A DNA stretch of 64,000 nucleotides, taken from Bacillales bacterium UBA4951 (GTDB lineage: Bacteria > Bacillota_I > Bacilli_A > RFN20 > CAG-826). This document shows, piece by piece, positions 46,934-56,087 of this stretch (positions are counted from its first letter, which is position 1; the number at the start of each line of letters is the position of its first letter). The stretch is taken from contig DHAP01000001.1 of the NCBI GenBank assembly GCA_002397465.1, positions 8,449 to 72,448 of the forward strand, written 5' to 3'. Below the pieces are notes generated by a model that was not told the DNA's origin, made no database searches, and saw only the letters and a program-made list of their open reading frames with translations. The translations under genes were made by a program, and so were the position numbers.

Positions 46934-47467
46934 TTATTTGAAGCCGTACTGCTTCTTTTGCCGCTCAATAACCCCCGTCTGGATGATCTTATTGGCCACG
47001 ATGCCGATCAAAACGCCCATCGCTAAGCCAATCAGCATCATGAACGGGAAATAATAGAAGATCTGCCAGCTGCCAAGGAAGATGACCCCAACGAGCATTT
47101 GCCCCAAGTCATGGAAGAGGGCGCCCATCGCGGAGACCCCCACAATCGTCATCTTTTTAAAGAGGTATTTAAGAAGAACCATGATCAGCAACGACAAGAA
47201 GCTTCCGGCAAAGCTCATCCAAAAGCCCATTTGGAACAAAGAACCCCTGACGGCGGCGACGATGAAGACCTTGCCTAAATCGATAAGCGCGGCGTCGAAG
47301 ATCCCGAATTCATAAAGAACGATGATGATGACGAGGTTAGCTAGGCCTGGCTTGGCGCCCGGAAGCCATGAAAAATCAATGAAGCTCTCGGCTATGCCTA
47401 AAGCTAGGGCCATGGCCAGCATCATACTGAGAAGGACTATTTTATGGACGTTGAGGCCTTTCTTCAT
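46934..47467 (-). CDS. Gx transporter family protein (heptaprenyl diphosphate synthase component I-like)
   Basis: 177 aa polytopic membrane protein; stop overlaps the start of the NusG-II gene. Confidence 0.55.
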   Translation of the reverse strand: MKKGLNVHKIVLLSMMLAMALALGIAESFIDFSWLPGAKPGLANLVIIIVLYEFGIFDAALIDLGKVFIVAAVRGSLFQMGFWMSFAGSFLSLLIMVLLKYLFKKMTIVGVSAMGALFHDLGQMLVGVIFLGSWQIFYYFPFMMLIGLAMGVLIGIVANKIIQTGVIERQKKQYGFK

Positions 47468-47850
47468 AAGATGATGTCCGCCTCGGAAGTCCCTAATATC
47501 ACCACTTCAACTTTGTAATAGGTGCAGATAATCGGGTGATTGGCCTCGCTGACCCATCCCTGACGCACGCAATATTGATGAGGGCAGTCGGAGTCGCTCA
47601 CGCAGACGGCGTTCTTTTTGACGCCGATCTTCATGTGTCCGTCCGTCCCATCGACGTCGATATACTGTGGGGTATCCGAATAGCTGGTGAGATCGAGGGT
47701 CATCAAAAGCTTGTTGTCCTTTTTGACGGTGGCCTGATGGCTTCCTCCGTCTTTAGGGACCGCGACATAGATGGAAAGGCCAATGCCAAGGCAAAAAGCC
47801 GTCCCCACCACTATGAAGTCATAGATATATTTCTTGAAGAAAGCGTTCAT
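47464..47850 (-). CDS. NusG domain II-containing (DUF1312-like) membrane-anchored protein
   Basis: 128 aa; N-terminal TM helix then a beta-rich domain; a typical partner of Gx transporter genes. Confidence 0.5.
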   Translation of the reverse strand: MNAFFKKYIYDFIVVGTAFCLGIGLSIYVAVPKDGGSHQATVKKDNKLLMTLDLTSYSDTPQYIDVDGTDGHMKIGVKKNAVCVSDSDCPHQYCVRQGWVSEANHPIICTYYKVEVVILGTSEADIIL

Positions 47851-48866
47851 ACCTCAAGGCCATGCTCCACGAGCTCAGTCAATGAGTATGTGCCGTCCTC
47901 TTGTTTGCTTAGGCGATAATAAACGGACTTTATGCCGTATGTGCTTTCAAGCGATTTGGATAGTTCCGACTCGGGACCCAGCTGAATCAGGACCGTCGTG
48001 AGAGGGTCCATCACTTTGCTCGAATCACCGACCGCCGTCACGCCCCACCAATCGACTTTGGCCGATCCGGTCTTCGGGTTGACGATGTGAGAATAATAGG
48101 CTCCGTCGACATACGCCAGCTGTTCGGTCACTGCGCTAGAGCCGACGGCGCCTGAGGAAAGCTCGAATATTTTGCCGTCGAGATTGCTGATTCCAATCTT
48201 CCAGTTGGTCCCAGAAGAGTCTTTTTTGCCAAGCTGAATCGAGGAGGCCCCGGCATTCAATAGATAGTATGGGCAGTCGTTACCCTCCAGATACTTCCCC
48301 GCCACCTCAGCGACATAGCCTTTGGCCATCCCGCCGAGATCGATTTTCCCTTCGCCGTTTCTTCTGACGCTGCAGTTAGCTTCATCGAAGTCCAAGGACG
48401 TCTTGCTTGATTTATTTAGTTCTATCCTTATTTCCTCATCGCTTGGAATCTTGCTCTCCGGAGTCGTCCCATCTTCGCCTTTGGAAGGGAAGAGATCGTC
48501 CTTCCATAGACTCACCAATGACCCGATAAAAGGATCGTAATAGCCTTCCGACTCCGTCATAAAGTCGACCGCGAACGAAAGCATGTCATAAAGCCTTTGG
48601 TCGACTTTGACGTAATCGTTCGTGTTATTTATCGTGTAGACGTTGTTGAGGCCTGAGACCGCATTGTCGCAATCGGCCAAGTCGTTATATTGATAGAAGA
48701 TGTCGCCGACCGCGTTGATGAGCTTTTCGCTAGCCCCATAACTCTTGAGGTTTATGGTCGTGTCCATCGTGAAAAAGCTTGTGCTGACCCATTCGGTCGA
48801 GGAAGAACATCCCGAAAGAAAAAAGACCCCAGAGAAAGCCAAAAATGCGCGGGTTCTTTTTTTCAT
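47847..48866 (-). CDS. apbE: FAD:protein FMN transferase (ApbE family) lipoprotein
   Basis: 339 aa; lipobox FFLSGCSS; ApbE-like TFFTMDTTINL and DLGGMAKGY motifs. Confidence 0.8.
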   Translation of the reverse strand: MKKRTRAFLAFSGVFFLSGCSSSTEWVSTSFFTMDTTINLKSYGASEKLINAVGDIFYQYNDLADCDNAVSGLNNVYTINNTNDYVKVDQRLYDMLSFAVDFMTESEGYYDPFIGSLVSLWKDDLFPSKGEDGTTPESKIPSDEEIRIELNKSSKTSLDFDEANCSVRRNGEGKIDLGGMAKGYVAEVAGKYLEGNDCPYYLLNAGASSIQLGKKDSSGTNWKIGISNLDGKIFELSSGAVGSSAVTEQLAYVDGAYYSHIVNPKTGSAKVDWWGVTAVGDSSKVMDPLTTVLIQLGPESELSKSLESTYGIKSVYYRLSKQEDGTYSLTELVEHGLEV

Positions 48867-48891
48867 ATCTGAATTATATAGTAAACAGGCT

Positions 48892-49218
48892 TTATAAGGT
48901 AGGCACGTGCTTATTGCCGTCCTTATCCGGATGTTCGGCCAAATAAGCGATAATCGGGTCGTAGTTCTTTTCTTTTTTGCCGACCTTGCAGGTGCTGACC
49001 TTTTTGCACTCGCCAGTCACCAAGGCTTCCGCCATCGCGTGGCATCCGGCAAAGCCACAGGCTCCGCAGTTGGCGTTTGGAAGCATCTTCTCGACGGCGG
49101 CGATGCGTGGGTCTTCCTCAACATGGAAGAATTTCTCCGCAAGGACGAGAACCACCCCAAAGAGTAGGCCAAGCCCAGCCAAGATCAAGAGTCCATAGAG
49201 GATGTAGAGATAGTCCAT
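48892..49218 (-). CDS. rnfB: RnfB N-terminal-domain protein (membrane anchor plus a single Fe-S Cys cluster; no ferredoxin domains)
   Basis: Start MDYLYILYG at 49218 with RBS AAGGTGG; ...EEDPRIAAVEKMLPNANCGACGFAGCHAMAEAL... matches the RnfB N-terminus; the protein ends after about 108 aa. Confidence 0.65.
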   Translation of the reverse strand: MDYLYILYGLLILAGLGLLFGVVLVLAEKFFHVEEDPRIAAVEKMLPNANCGACGFAGCHAMAEALVTGECKKVSTCKVGKKEKNYDPIIAYLAEHPDKDGNKHVPTL

Positions 49219-49220
49219 TA

Positions 49221-49430
49221 TTAATTGCCACCTTTCTTTTTGTCTTCGAGTTTCTTTTTGTAGAAGCAAGCCCCATTCGAACAATTAGAGCATGTTTCAT
49301 CGTCGACTTTGATGTTCTCGCATCCCTTGGGGACGGGAGCTCTTCGATAGGCCACAAAGCTCCAAACGAAGAGGGCCAACAGAAGGACTATCATGACGAC
49401 GGCGATGATGATGTAGACGTATTGCGGCAT
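49221..49430 (-). CDS. small Cys-rich membrane protein (FeoB-associated Cys-rich-like)
   Basis: 69 aa; one TM helix then CENIKVDDETCSNCSNGAC; lies between rnfA and rnfB. Confidence 0.45.
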   Translation of the reverse strand: MPQYVYIIIAVVMIVLLLALFVWSFVAYRRAPVPKGCENIKVDDETCSNCSNGACFYKKKLEDKKKGGN

Positions 49431-49431
49431 C

Positions 49432-50028
49432 TTACGCGCCTATTCCCGATAATCCCATGAAAGCCATGGCCATGATGGCGGCTGTGATAAGGGCGATCGG
49501 AACCCCTTTGAAAGCCCTGGGGACCGGGTAGGCCTCCAGACGGGTCCTGATGCATGAGAAGACGAAGATGACAAGTAAGAACCCTAATGAGGTGCCGATG
49601 GCGTTAGCCATGCTCATGCCGAAGTCCAATGCCTGGTCGGTGTTGCTCTGGGCAACGCCAAGGACGGCGCAGTTCGTTGTAATGAGCGGAAGGTAGATGC
49701 CAAGGCTCTTATAAAGGGCCGGCGAGTATTTCTTGATGAAGAGTCCCACCACTTGGACCAATGAGGCGATGACGAGGATGTAGACGACGGTGTCCATGAA
49801 AGTCAAGCCGGCTGGAACAAGGATGTAGTTGTAGATCGGCCAGCAAACCAAAGAGGCCAAGATGATGACGAAGGTGACCGCCAGTCCCATGGAGACCGCG
49901 GATTTGGCCTTATTGCCAACGCCAATGAAAGAGCAGATTCCATAGAATCTCGAGAGGACGACGTTGTCGACTAACATGCTCGAGACGATAGCCATCAAAA
50001 ACGAAACGAAATAAGCATAGGCTCCCAT
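49432..50028 (-). CDS. rnfA: Rnf electron transport complex subunit A
   Basis: 198 aa, 6 TM; RnfA/NqrE-like. Confidence 0.85.
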   Translation of the reverse strand: MGAYAYFVSFLMAIVSSMLVDNVVLSRFYGICSFIGVGNKAKSAVSMGLAVTFVIILASLVCWPIYNYILVPAGLTFMDTVVYILVIASLVQVVGLFIKKYSPALYKSLGIYLPLITTNCAVLGVAQSNTDQALDFGMSMANAIGTSLGFLLVIFVFSCIRTRLEAYPVPRAFKGVPIALITAAIMAMAFMGLSGIGA

Positions 50029-50029
50029 C

Positions 50030-50764
50030 TTACTTGCCCTCCTTCACTAACGTGTTCTCTTTGGCTTTGGCCTGAGCGGCGAAAGCGGCCTTGCGGCGTT
50101 TGACTGATTCGACGTCTTTTTTGTGATATCTCACCGCGGCGATGATGGCCATGATGATGCCGAAGACGATGAAGCCGCCGGCTGGGTTGGCAAATAGCGA
50201 CAACGAGAAATCGTATCCGTCTCCTTTGAGGATCGGAAGCGTCACTTCTGGGATGAAGGTGAAGATCTTGCCGAAGCTGAGGGTTCCGGTTCCGATGACT
50301 TCCCTGATAAGTCCCATGACCATCAAGGCCAAGGTGTAGCCGATGCCGTTTCCTAAGCCATCCAAGAAGCTGTCAAGGACGGTATTCTGATTGGCGAAGG
50401 CCTCAGCCCTGCCAAGGACGATGCAGTTGACGACGACCAGCGACAAGAAGACGCCTAATGATGAATAGAGTTCTGGAAGGAATGCCTGGGTCATCATTTT
50501 CACTATCGTGACGAAAGTGGCGATGATGACGATGTAGGCCGGGGTCTCGATCTCTTCAGGGATGACTTTCCTAAGAAGAGAGATAAGAACATTCGAGCAA
50601 ACAAGAACGAAGGTGAGCAAAAGTCCCATGCCGATGCTGACTTCGAGAGAAGTCGTGACCGCAAGAGCGGGACAGGTACCTAGAATGGCGACGAAAAGAG
50701 GATTTTCTTTGATGATGCCTGCTACGAAAGATTCTTTGTGGCGGGCTTTAGCGATGCTGTCCAT
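50030..50764 (-). CDS. rnfE: Rnf electron transport complex subunit E
   Basis: 244 aa; RnfE/NqrD-like. Confidence 0.85.
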   Translation of the reverse strand: MDSIAKARHKESFVAGIIKENPLFVAILGTCPALAVTTSLEVSIGMGLLLTFVLVCSNVLISLLRKVIPEEIETPAYIVIIATFVTIVKMMTQAFLPELYSSLGVFLSLVVVNCIVLGRAEAFANQNTVLDSFLDGLGNGIGYTLALMVMGLIREVIGTGTLSFGKIFTFIPEVTLPILKGDGYDFSLSLFANPAGGFIVFGIIMAIIAAVRYHKKDVESVKRRKAAFAAQAKAKENTLVKEGK

Positions 50765-50777
50765 TGTTTCCTCCTTC

Positions 50778-51314
50778 TTATAATGACGAATAATAAGTCA
50801 ACGACTCTTCGACGATGCTCTTGATGAGTTTGGCGCCATAGGTGGCTCCGCTACTCGTATTGGCCAAGGTGGTCGTAGATGGGGAGTTGTTATATCTATC
50901 GAGATAGACATCTTCAAGTTCCGTCTTCTTGGTCTGCTCATCGTTTATCAGATAGACTTTGCCAAGCGTTGGGCTGGTTTTGTCCCCGCTCACGCCGACA
51001 AGCAAAGAAATCTCACCATAGCTGTTGGATCCGACTCCGGCGAAGCATGTCCCCAAAAGATCGCTCTTGGAGGTATCGCCATAGACGTTGTAGTAGCCAG
51101 TGACATAACTGCCACCGCTAATTTCGATTTTGTCGCTGAGGGCGGCTTTTGAGGGGTAGATGAAATCAATCGCGGTCGAGATCTTCGCTTCCTCGTTGGC
51201 CTTGATTATCGGCGATGCAATGACGTTGCTAAGTGTGATCAGTAAGGCTGAAGCCCCACAGATGGCGGCTAGGATGCCACCGATCTTAAGGCTTTTCTTG
51301 CTTAATTCATTCAT
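50778..51314 (-). CDS. rnfG: Rnf electron transport complex subunit G (FMN-binding)
   Basis: 178 aa; N-terminal anchor; FMN-binding-domain-like with S/T flavinylation site region. Confidence 0.75.
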   Translation of the reverse strand: MNELSKKSLKIGGILAAICGASALLITLSNVIASPIIKANEEAKISTAIDFIYPSKAALSDKIEISGGSYVTGYYNVYGDTSKSDLLGTCFAGVGSNSYGEISLLVGVSGDKTSPTLGKVYLINDEQTKKTELEDVYLDRYNNSPSTTTLANTSSGATYGAKLIKSIVEESLTYYSSL

Positions 51315-52579
51315 AGCTTAAGGATGCCTTTCGAATCTAGTATGAGGCGGATGGCCTCGCTAGGACCGGTCGAGCCATCGGCCGATGTAGTTGTGCCTAT
51401 GCTTGAGCTGCTTTCGCTGGAAACAGGCTCATTCAGTCCGACTTTGGCTGACAAAGCCCATAAGACGATGGCGATGGAAACCACTCCGATGAGGGCCATC
51501 GCAAGGATGTTCTTCCAGGTGTAGGCGTTGGTGCTCCACTTTGGATAGTCGAGAACCGGCGCGAACATATTGGCGATAAGGATTGAGAAAGCCACGCCTT
51601 CATAAACGTAGTTGAATCCATTGACGAAGAGTCGGATGAAGACGGTCGCAACGGCCGCGATCATGCCATACATGATTCGTGAAGGTCGCGTTATTGGCAT
51701 CGTGACAGGATCCGTCAGCATGTAGGTCGCTCCGAAGAGGACGCCACCGGAAAGCAGCTGATATCCCAAGAACTGGAAGACGCCGATTTCTGGGGTCTTC
51801 ACGTGGACGATGATTCCAGCGAAGAGCATCAAGACACAGAACGTGCCAAGGTAAGAGACGACGACTCTCCAATCAATGGTCCTTCTGATCAAAAGATAAG
51901 CTAATCCGATAAGGATGCAATACTTGGATATTTCGCCCATGGTTCCGTAGGTATTCCCAAGGAAGAGGTCCAAAAGCGAGAACTTGCTATAGGGAGATGC
52001 GCTGGTCAAATATCCTTTGCCAAGGAAAGTGCCGCTTGTGTTCACATCGACGACATTGTGCTGGGTCCAGCTATCATAGAAGGATCCGAAGCACTCTTTT
52101 GTGAAAATGAAACCGACGACGGCGGGGTTGAAGATGTTATGTCCGGTCCCACCGAAGACGAGTTTGCCGATGACCATGCCGAAGACACAGCCGACGATGA
52201 TGATGAAATAGATCGCCCAAGTCGGATTTGTTGTCTTGGCTGGAATGCACATCGCGAAGATGATGCCTGAGATGGCCGGAACCAAGAAGTTGTTGATGTC
52301 ATAGGCCTTCAAGCCATGCATCAGCTGCTCGCCGAACTTATGATGCTCACCATCATAAGGGATCCGGTTCTTGATAAGGACGTAGATGAACTCGCATAGA
52401 GCCATGACGGCCACTGAAAGAAGGATGTTTCTGACGGCATCGAGTCCGAAGTAGACGAGGTCGAAAATGACGACAGGAGCGAGGGCGATGAGGACATCGA
52501 CCATCATCCTGGTTAATGAATCCCTCCGACGAAGATGCGGAGAAGTCTGTTGGACTATTTGAATTGATGAATCGTTCAT
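51311..52579 (-). CDS. rnfD: Rnf electron transport complex subunit D
   Basis: 422 aa polytopic; RnfD/NqrB-like. Confidence 0.8.
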   Translation of the reverse strand: MNDSSIQIVQQTSPHLRRRDSLTRMMVDVLIALAPVVIFDLVYFGLDAVRNILLSVAVMALCEFIYVLIKNRIPYDGEHHKFGEQLMHGLKAYDINNFLVPAISGIIFAMCIPAKTTNPTWAIYFIIIVGCVFGMVIGKLVFGGTGHNIFNPAVVGFIFTKECFGSFYDSWTQHNVVDVNTSGTFLGKGYLTSASPYSKFSLLDLFLGNTYGTMGEISKYCILIGLAYLLIRRTIDWRVVVSYLGTFCVLMLFAGIIVHVKTPEIGVFQFLGYQLLSGGVLFGATYMLTDPVTMPITRPSRIMYGMIAAVATVFIRLFVNGFNYVYEGVAFSILIANMFAPVLDYPKWSTNAYTWKNILAMALIGVVSIAIVLWALSAKVGLNEPVSSESSSSIGTTTSADGSTGPSEAIRLILDSKGILKL

Positions 52580-53886
52580 GGAAGCTTAGCGATTATTTTC
52601 GCCCTCCTGACATAATCTAGAAGTGGAATCTTCGAAGTGCAGCTGTAAGAGCAAAGGCCACATTCCATGCAGCTCAACGGATTGAGCGCTTTGACGCGGG
52701 CTTTGTCGACCGGGACGCTCTTCATGGCGTTCATGATCTGGACTGGCTGCAAACCAACCGGGCAAGAAAGGACGCAAGAGCCGCATCTGATGCATGGCTG
52801 TTCCTTCCACTTCTCCTCATTGAGGACGATGACGGAAGTAACGGTCTTGGTGATGATGCAATCATCGTTAGGAAGCGAGGCTCCCATCATCGGGCCGCCG
52901 AGGATGAAGACTTTCTTCTTCTCGGGCTCGGCATATCCGCCGCAGGCGTCAAGCAAACTCTTGATCGGAGTCCCGACTCTCACGCGGAAGTTGGCTGGAT
53001 GGACGATGCCATCGCCTGATATGGAAACGTTTCTTTCGATGACCGGCTTGTTGAATTTGACGTTGAGGTAAATTCCATAGGCCGTGGTGACGTTGACGTT
53101 CATGACGCCATATTCGCTAGGAAGATGACCATGTGGGACGACGATTCCCGTCGCGCCTTTGATCATGGCAATTTCCCATCCTTGCGGATAGAAGTTCTTC
53201 AAACGGCAGAGTTTGACGCCGCAATCTGGGTGGCGGGCTAGCTCTGCATCGTAGACATCGGCGAGGTCCTGATACTTTTTCTTCACGCAAAGAAGAGCGT
53301 TATGGCAGTCAAAAGCCTGCTCCATAATCTCAATGCCTTTGATGATTTCCTCAGGGTGCTCAAGCATCATGCGGTGGTCGGCAGTGACCGATGGCTCACA
53401 CTCGATGCCGTCGATGATGATATGGTCGATCTTGTTCTTGGTCTGGAATTTGACGTAGGTCGGGAACGAAGATCCGCCAAGTCCCACCGACGCGCAGTTC
53501 TTAAGAATCTCGGTGATGTCATCCTTGGTCAACTTCTTGATCTCATCGTCGCTTCTTTCTTTGACCGATGGGTCCATCGTGTCCTTGAAGTCGTTATGAA
53601 TCTTGATGAAATTAACGAGTTTGCCAGAACGGTGGTAATGTCTCTCATAACCAACGAAAGTGCCACTGCATGTGGCATGGATCGGCTGGTCAAAGAATGC
53701 GGCGTGGCGCATGCCGATAAGCTGGCAGCAATTGACGTGATCGCCTTCTTTGATGAAGACGTCAGCTTTGCCGCATCTGGCATTGTCGGTAGCGATGAAA
53801 AGAAATTCTGGCGCAGGGGCCGGAACTGTCGGCAGCTCACCCAAGATTTTTTTGCTGTCTTGAATCCTTCTTGTCTTTGCTATCAT
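52576..53886 (-). CDS. rnfC: Rnf electron transport complex subunit C
   Basis: 436 aa; two 4Fe-4S motifs CIRCGSCVLSCP and CMECGLCSYSCT; NADH-binding RnfC N-domain. Confidence 0.85.
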   Translation of the reverse strand: MIAKTRRIQDSKKILGELPTVPAPAPEFLFIATDNARCGKADVFIKEGDHVNCCQLIGMRHAAFFDQPIHATCSGTFVGYERHYHRSGKLVNFIKIHNDFKDTMDPSVKERSDDEIKKLTKDDITEILKNCASVGLGGSSFPTYVKFQTKNKIDHIIIDGIECEPSVTADHRMMLEHPEEIIKGIEIMEQAFDCHNALLCVKKKYQDLADVYDAELARHPDCGVKLCRLKNFYPQGWEIAMIKGATGIVVPHGHLPSEYGVMNVNVTTAYGIYLNVKFNKPVIERNVSISGDGIVHPANFRVRVGTPIKSLLDACGGYAEPEKKKVFILGGPMMGASLPNDDCIITKTVTSVIVLNEEKWKEQPCIRCGSCVLSCPVGLQPVQIMNAMKSVPVDKARVKALNPLSCMECGLCSYSCTSKIPLLDYVRRAKIIAKLP

Positions 53887-54050
53887 TTTTAAAAGGGACT
53901 ATAAGTCCAATCCTTTATCAAAAGGAATTATAACCAATCGGTAAAAAAGTAAAAGGGATTTGATAAGGTATTATTTTACCAGTTGGAGAATTTATCGGCC
54001 ATATCGATGAAAAACGCCTATAGGGATATCGGTAATTCGCAATTGTTAAG

Positions 54051-54590
54051 TTATTGCTCTGTCGGTCGGCAGCCTAATGAAATGAGACACTCCTCAAGAA
54101 GGGAAAAACTCACAACGCGGTAATGGGGGTCATAAGCTTTTGAGTATGTTTCGGAATGATGGACGGGTTTCTTGTCCTTGAGGAGGATTTTCGATTTATC
54201 ACCCCAGGAAGAGAAGTCTCCGTTAATCTCGCCATGATCAATCAAAAGCGTGACAACATCAATGTTTTTCTTTAGCGAATCCCCATCGTTTTTGTAGAGC
54301 AACGCGCTCCGTAAAAAGAGCTCAAAGAGGTCGAATTCCTCCCAGCCATAGCCCTTCCAGGACCTCATGTTAACCCGGCATAACAAGGGTGAGATCATCT
54401 CATATAACGGCATGTTTTTGTCTTCTTTTAGAGGGGTGTACTCCTCAAGAAAGGCCTGATGGGCTTTTTCATAATCGCTGAGCATATGCTCTCCACCGAA
54501 AGAGGCTTGATAGACAAGTTTCAGCAAATCCTCAGTCTCCATCTTCGGATGATTTAGGCAGTTGGCGATGACGCAGTCTTTAAATTCCAT
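54051..54590 (-). CDS. hypothetical protein
   Basis: Start placed at MEFKDCVIANC (54590), because the longer track ORF (to 54737) would overlap tRNA-Arg; no recognisable motif. Confidence 0.4.
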   Translation of the reverse strand: MEFKDCVIANCLNHPKMETEDLLKLVYQASFGGEHMLSDYEKAHQAFLEEYTPLKEDKNMPLYEMISPLLCRVNMRSWKGYGWEEFDLFELFLRSALLYKNDGDSLKKNIDVVTLLIDHGEINGDFSSWGDKSKILLKDKKPVHHSETYSKAYDPHYRVVSFSLLEECLISLGCRPTEQ

Positions 54591-54709
54591 GAGGAAAATA
54601 TAGACCACGCCGAGACTATTGAAAATCGTTAATCGAGATAAACACTGTCTTGAATAAAAAATCCGAACCACCGCCATAAAGGCAAACGGCTCGGATAAGG
54701 TCCGAATTG

Positions 54710-54786
54710 GCGCCCCGAGCAGGATTTGAACCCGCAACCCTCAGATTCGAAGTCTGGTACTCTATCCAGTTGCGCTATCGGGGCGT
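54710..54786 (-). tRNA. tRNA-Arg (UCG)
   Basis: Acceptor GCCCCGA/TCGGGGC; anticodon loop CUUCGAA; architecture parallels B. subtilis tRNA-Arg(ACG); CCA encoded. Confidence 0.65.
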
Positions 54787-54794
54787 AACTAGGA

Positions 54795-56087
54795 TTATAG
54801 GCCAGCCCTCTTAAAAAGATAGTCGACGAAGCGAAGATAATAGGAATTCTCAAAGCATTCCTCAACTTCGCTTTTGCTCATGTGGTTTTCGACTTCTCCA
54901 CTAGAAAGCAAAGCCTCTTTGAAGGGCCTCACTCCATGAAGCGCGTCCATGGCCATAGGCTGGATGAGGTCATAGGCCTTTTCGCGGCTCATGCCTTTTT
55001 TGATGAGCTCCGTAAGGACCCTCTGCGAATAGATGGCCCCGTTGCTAAGAGAGATGTTCTTCTCCATGCTTTTAGGGAAAACCGTGAGATTATCGACTAT
55101 TTTCTTTTCTCTTACCAGCATGTAGTCAAAGAGCTCGATCATGTCGATGAAGGCCACCCTCTCGACGGAAGAATGGGAGATGTCCCTTTCGTGATACAGG
55201 GCATTGTCTTCAAGGATCGGCAGTAAATACCCTCTCATCATCCTCGCGCATCCCGTGAGGTTCTCACTCGAGATGGGGTTACGTTTCTGCGGCATGGCGC
55301 TGGAGCCTTTTTGGCCTTTGGAAAAGCCTTCCTCGACCTCGGCTATCTCGCTTCGGGAAAGGTTCCTGATCTCGGTGCAAATTCTCTCAATCGTCGAGGA
55401 GCTGATGGCCAAGGCACTCGCGTAGACCTCATGACGGTCCCTGGAAAGGACCTGAGTCGAGACAATGGGGTCCTCCAAAGAGAACTTCTTTCCAACGTAT
55501 TCTTGGACGAATGGGTCGACGTTCGCGTAATTACCGACCGCGCCGGACATTTTGACGGCCTCAAGATGTTTTCTGGCGTCGATGAACAACGTGAGATCGT
55601 TCTTCATTTCTTCATAAAAGGAAAGCCACTTAAGCCCGAAGGAAGTGACTTCGGCCTGCATGCCATGGGTCCTGGCGATGCAGGGGGTGGTTTTGTATTC
55701 GAGGGCTTTTTCTTTCAAAGACTCGATCAAGGCCTCGAAGTCTTTCTGAATCAGATTATCGGCCTTCTGATACATGATGGACAAAGAGGTGTCCACAACA
55801 TCCGTTGAGGTAAGCCCGTAATGGAACCACTTCTTCTCTTCGCCGAGCTTCTCGTCTATTTGTCTGGTGAAGGCCACGACGTCATGGTGGGTCACCGCTT
55901 CGATCTCTTGGATCCGTTTTACGTCGACGACGGCCTTTTTCTTGATCGCGGATAGCTCTTCATCACTGACGACGGAGAGTTTGTTCCAAGCCTCCAAAGA
56001 GGCGATTTCCACTTCCAGATAAGTCTGAAAACGGGACTCGTCGGTAAAAACGTCGGCGATTTTCTTTTCAAGATATCGTTCGATCAT
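54795..56087 (-). CDS. purB: adenylosuccinate lyase
   Basis: 430 aa; fumarate-lyase family with PurB-like N-terminus. Confidence 0.85.
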   Translation of the reverse strand: MIERYLEKKIADVFTDESRFQTYLEVEIASLEAWNKLSVVSDEELSAIKKKAVVDVKRIQEIEAVTHHDVVAFTRQIDEKLGEEKKWFHYGLTSTDVVDTSLSIMYQKADNLIQKDFEALIESLKEKALEYKTTPCIARTHGMQAEVTSFGLKWLSFYEEMKNDLTLFIDARKHLEAVKMSGAVGNYANVDPFVQEYVGKKFSLEDPIVSTQVLSRDRHEVYASALAISSSTIERICTEIRNLSRSEIAEVEEGFSKGQKGSSAMPQKRNPISSENLTGCARMMRGYLLPILEDNALYHERDISHSSVERVAFIDMIELFDYMLVREKKIVDNLTVFPKSMEKNISLSNGAIYSQRVLTELIKKGMSREKAYDLIQPMAMDALHGVRPFKEALLSSGEVENHMSKSEVEECFENSYYLRFVDYLFKRAGL

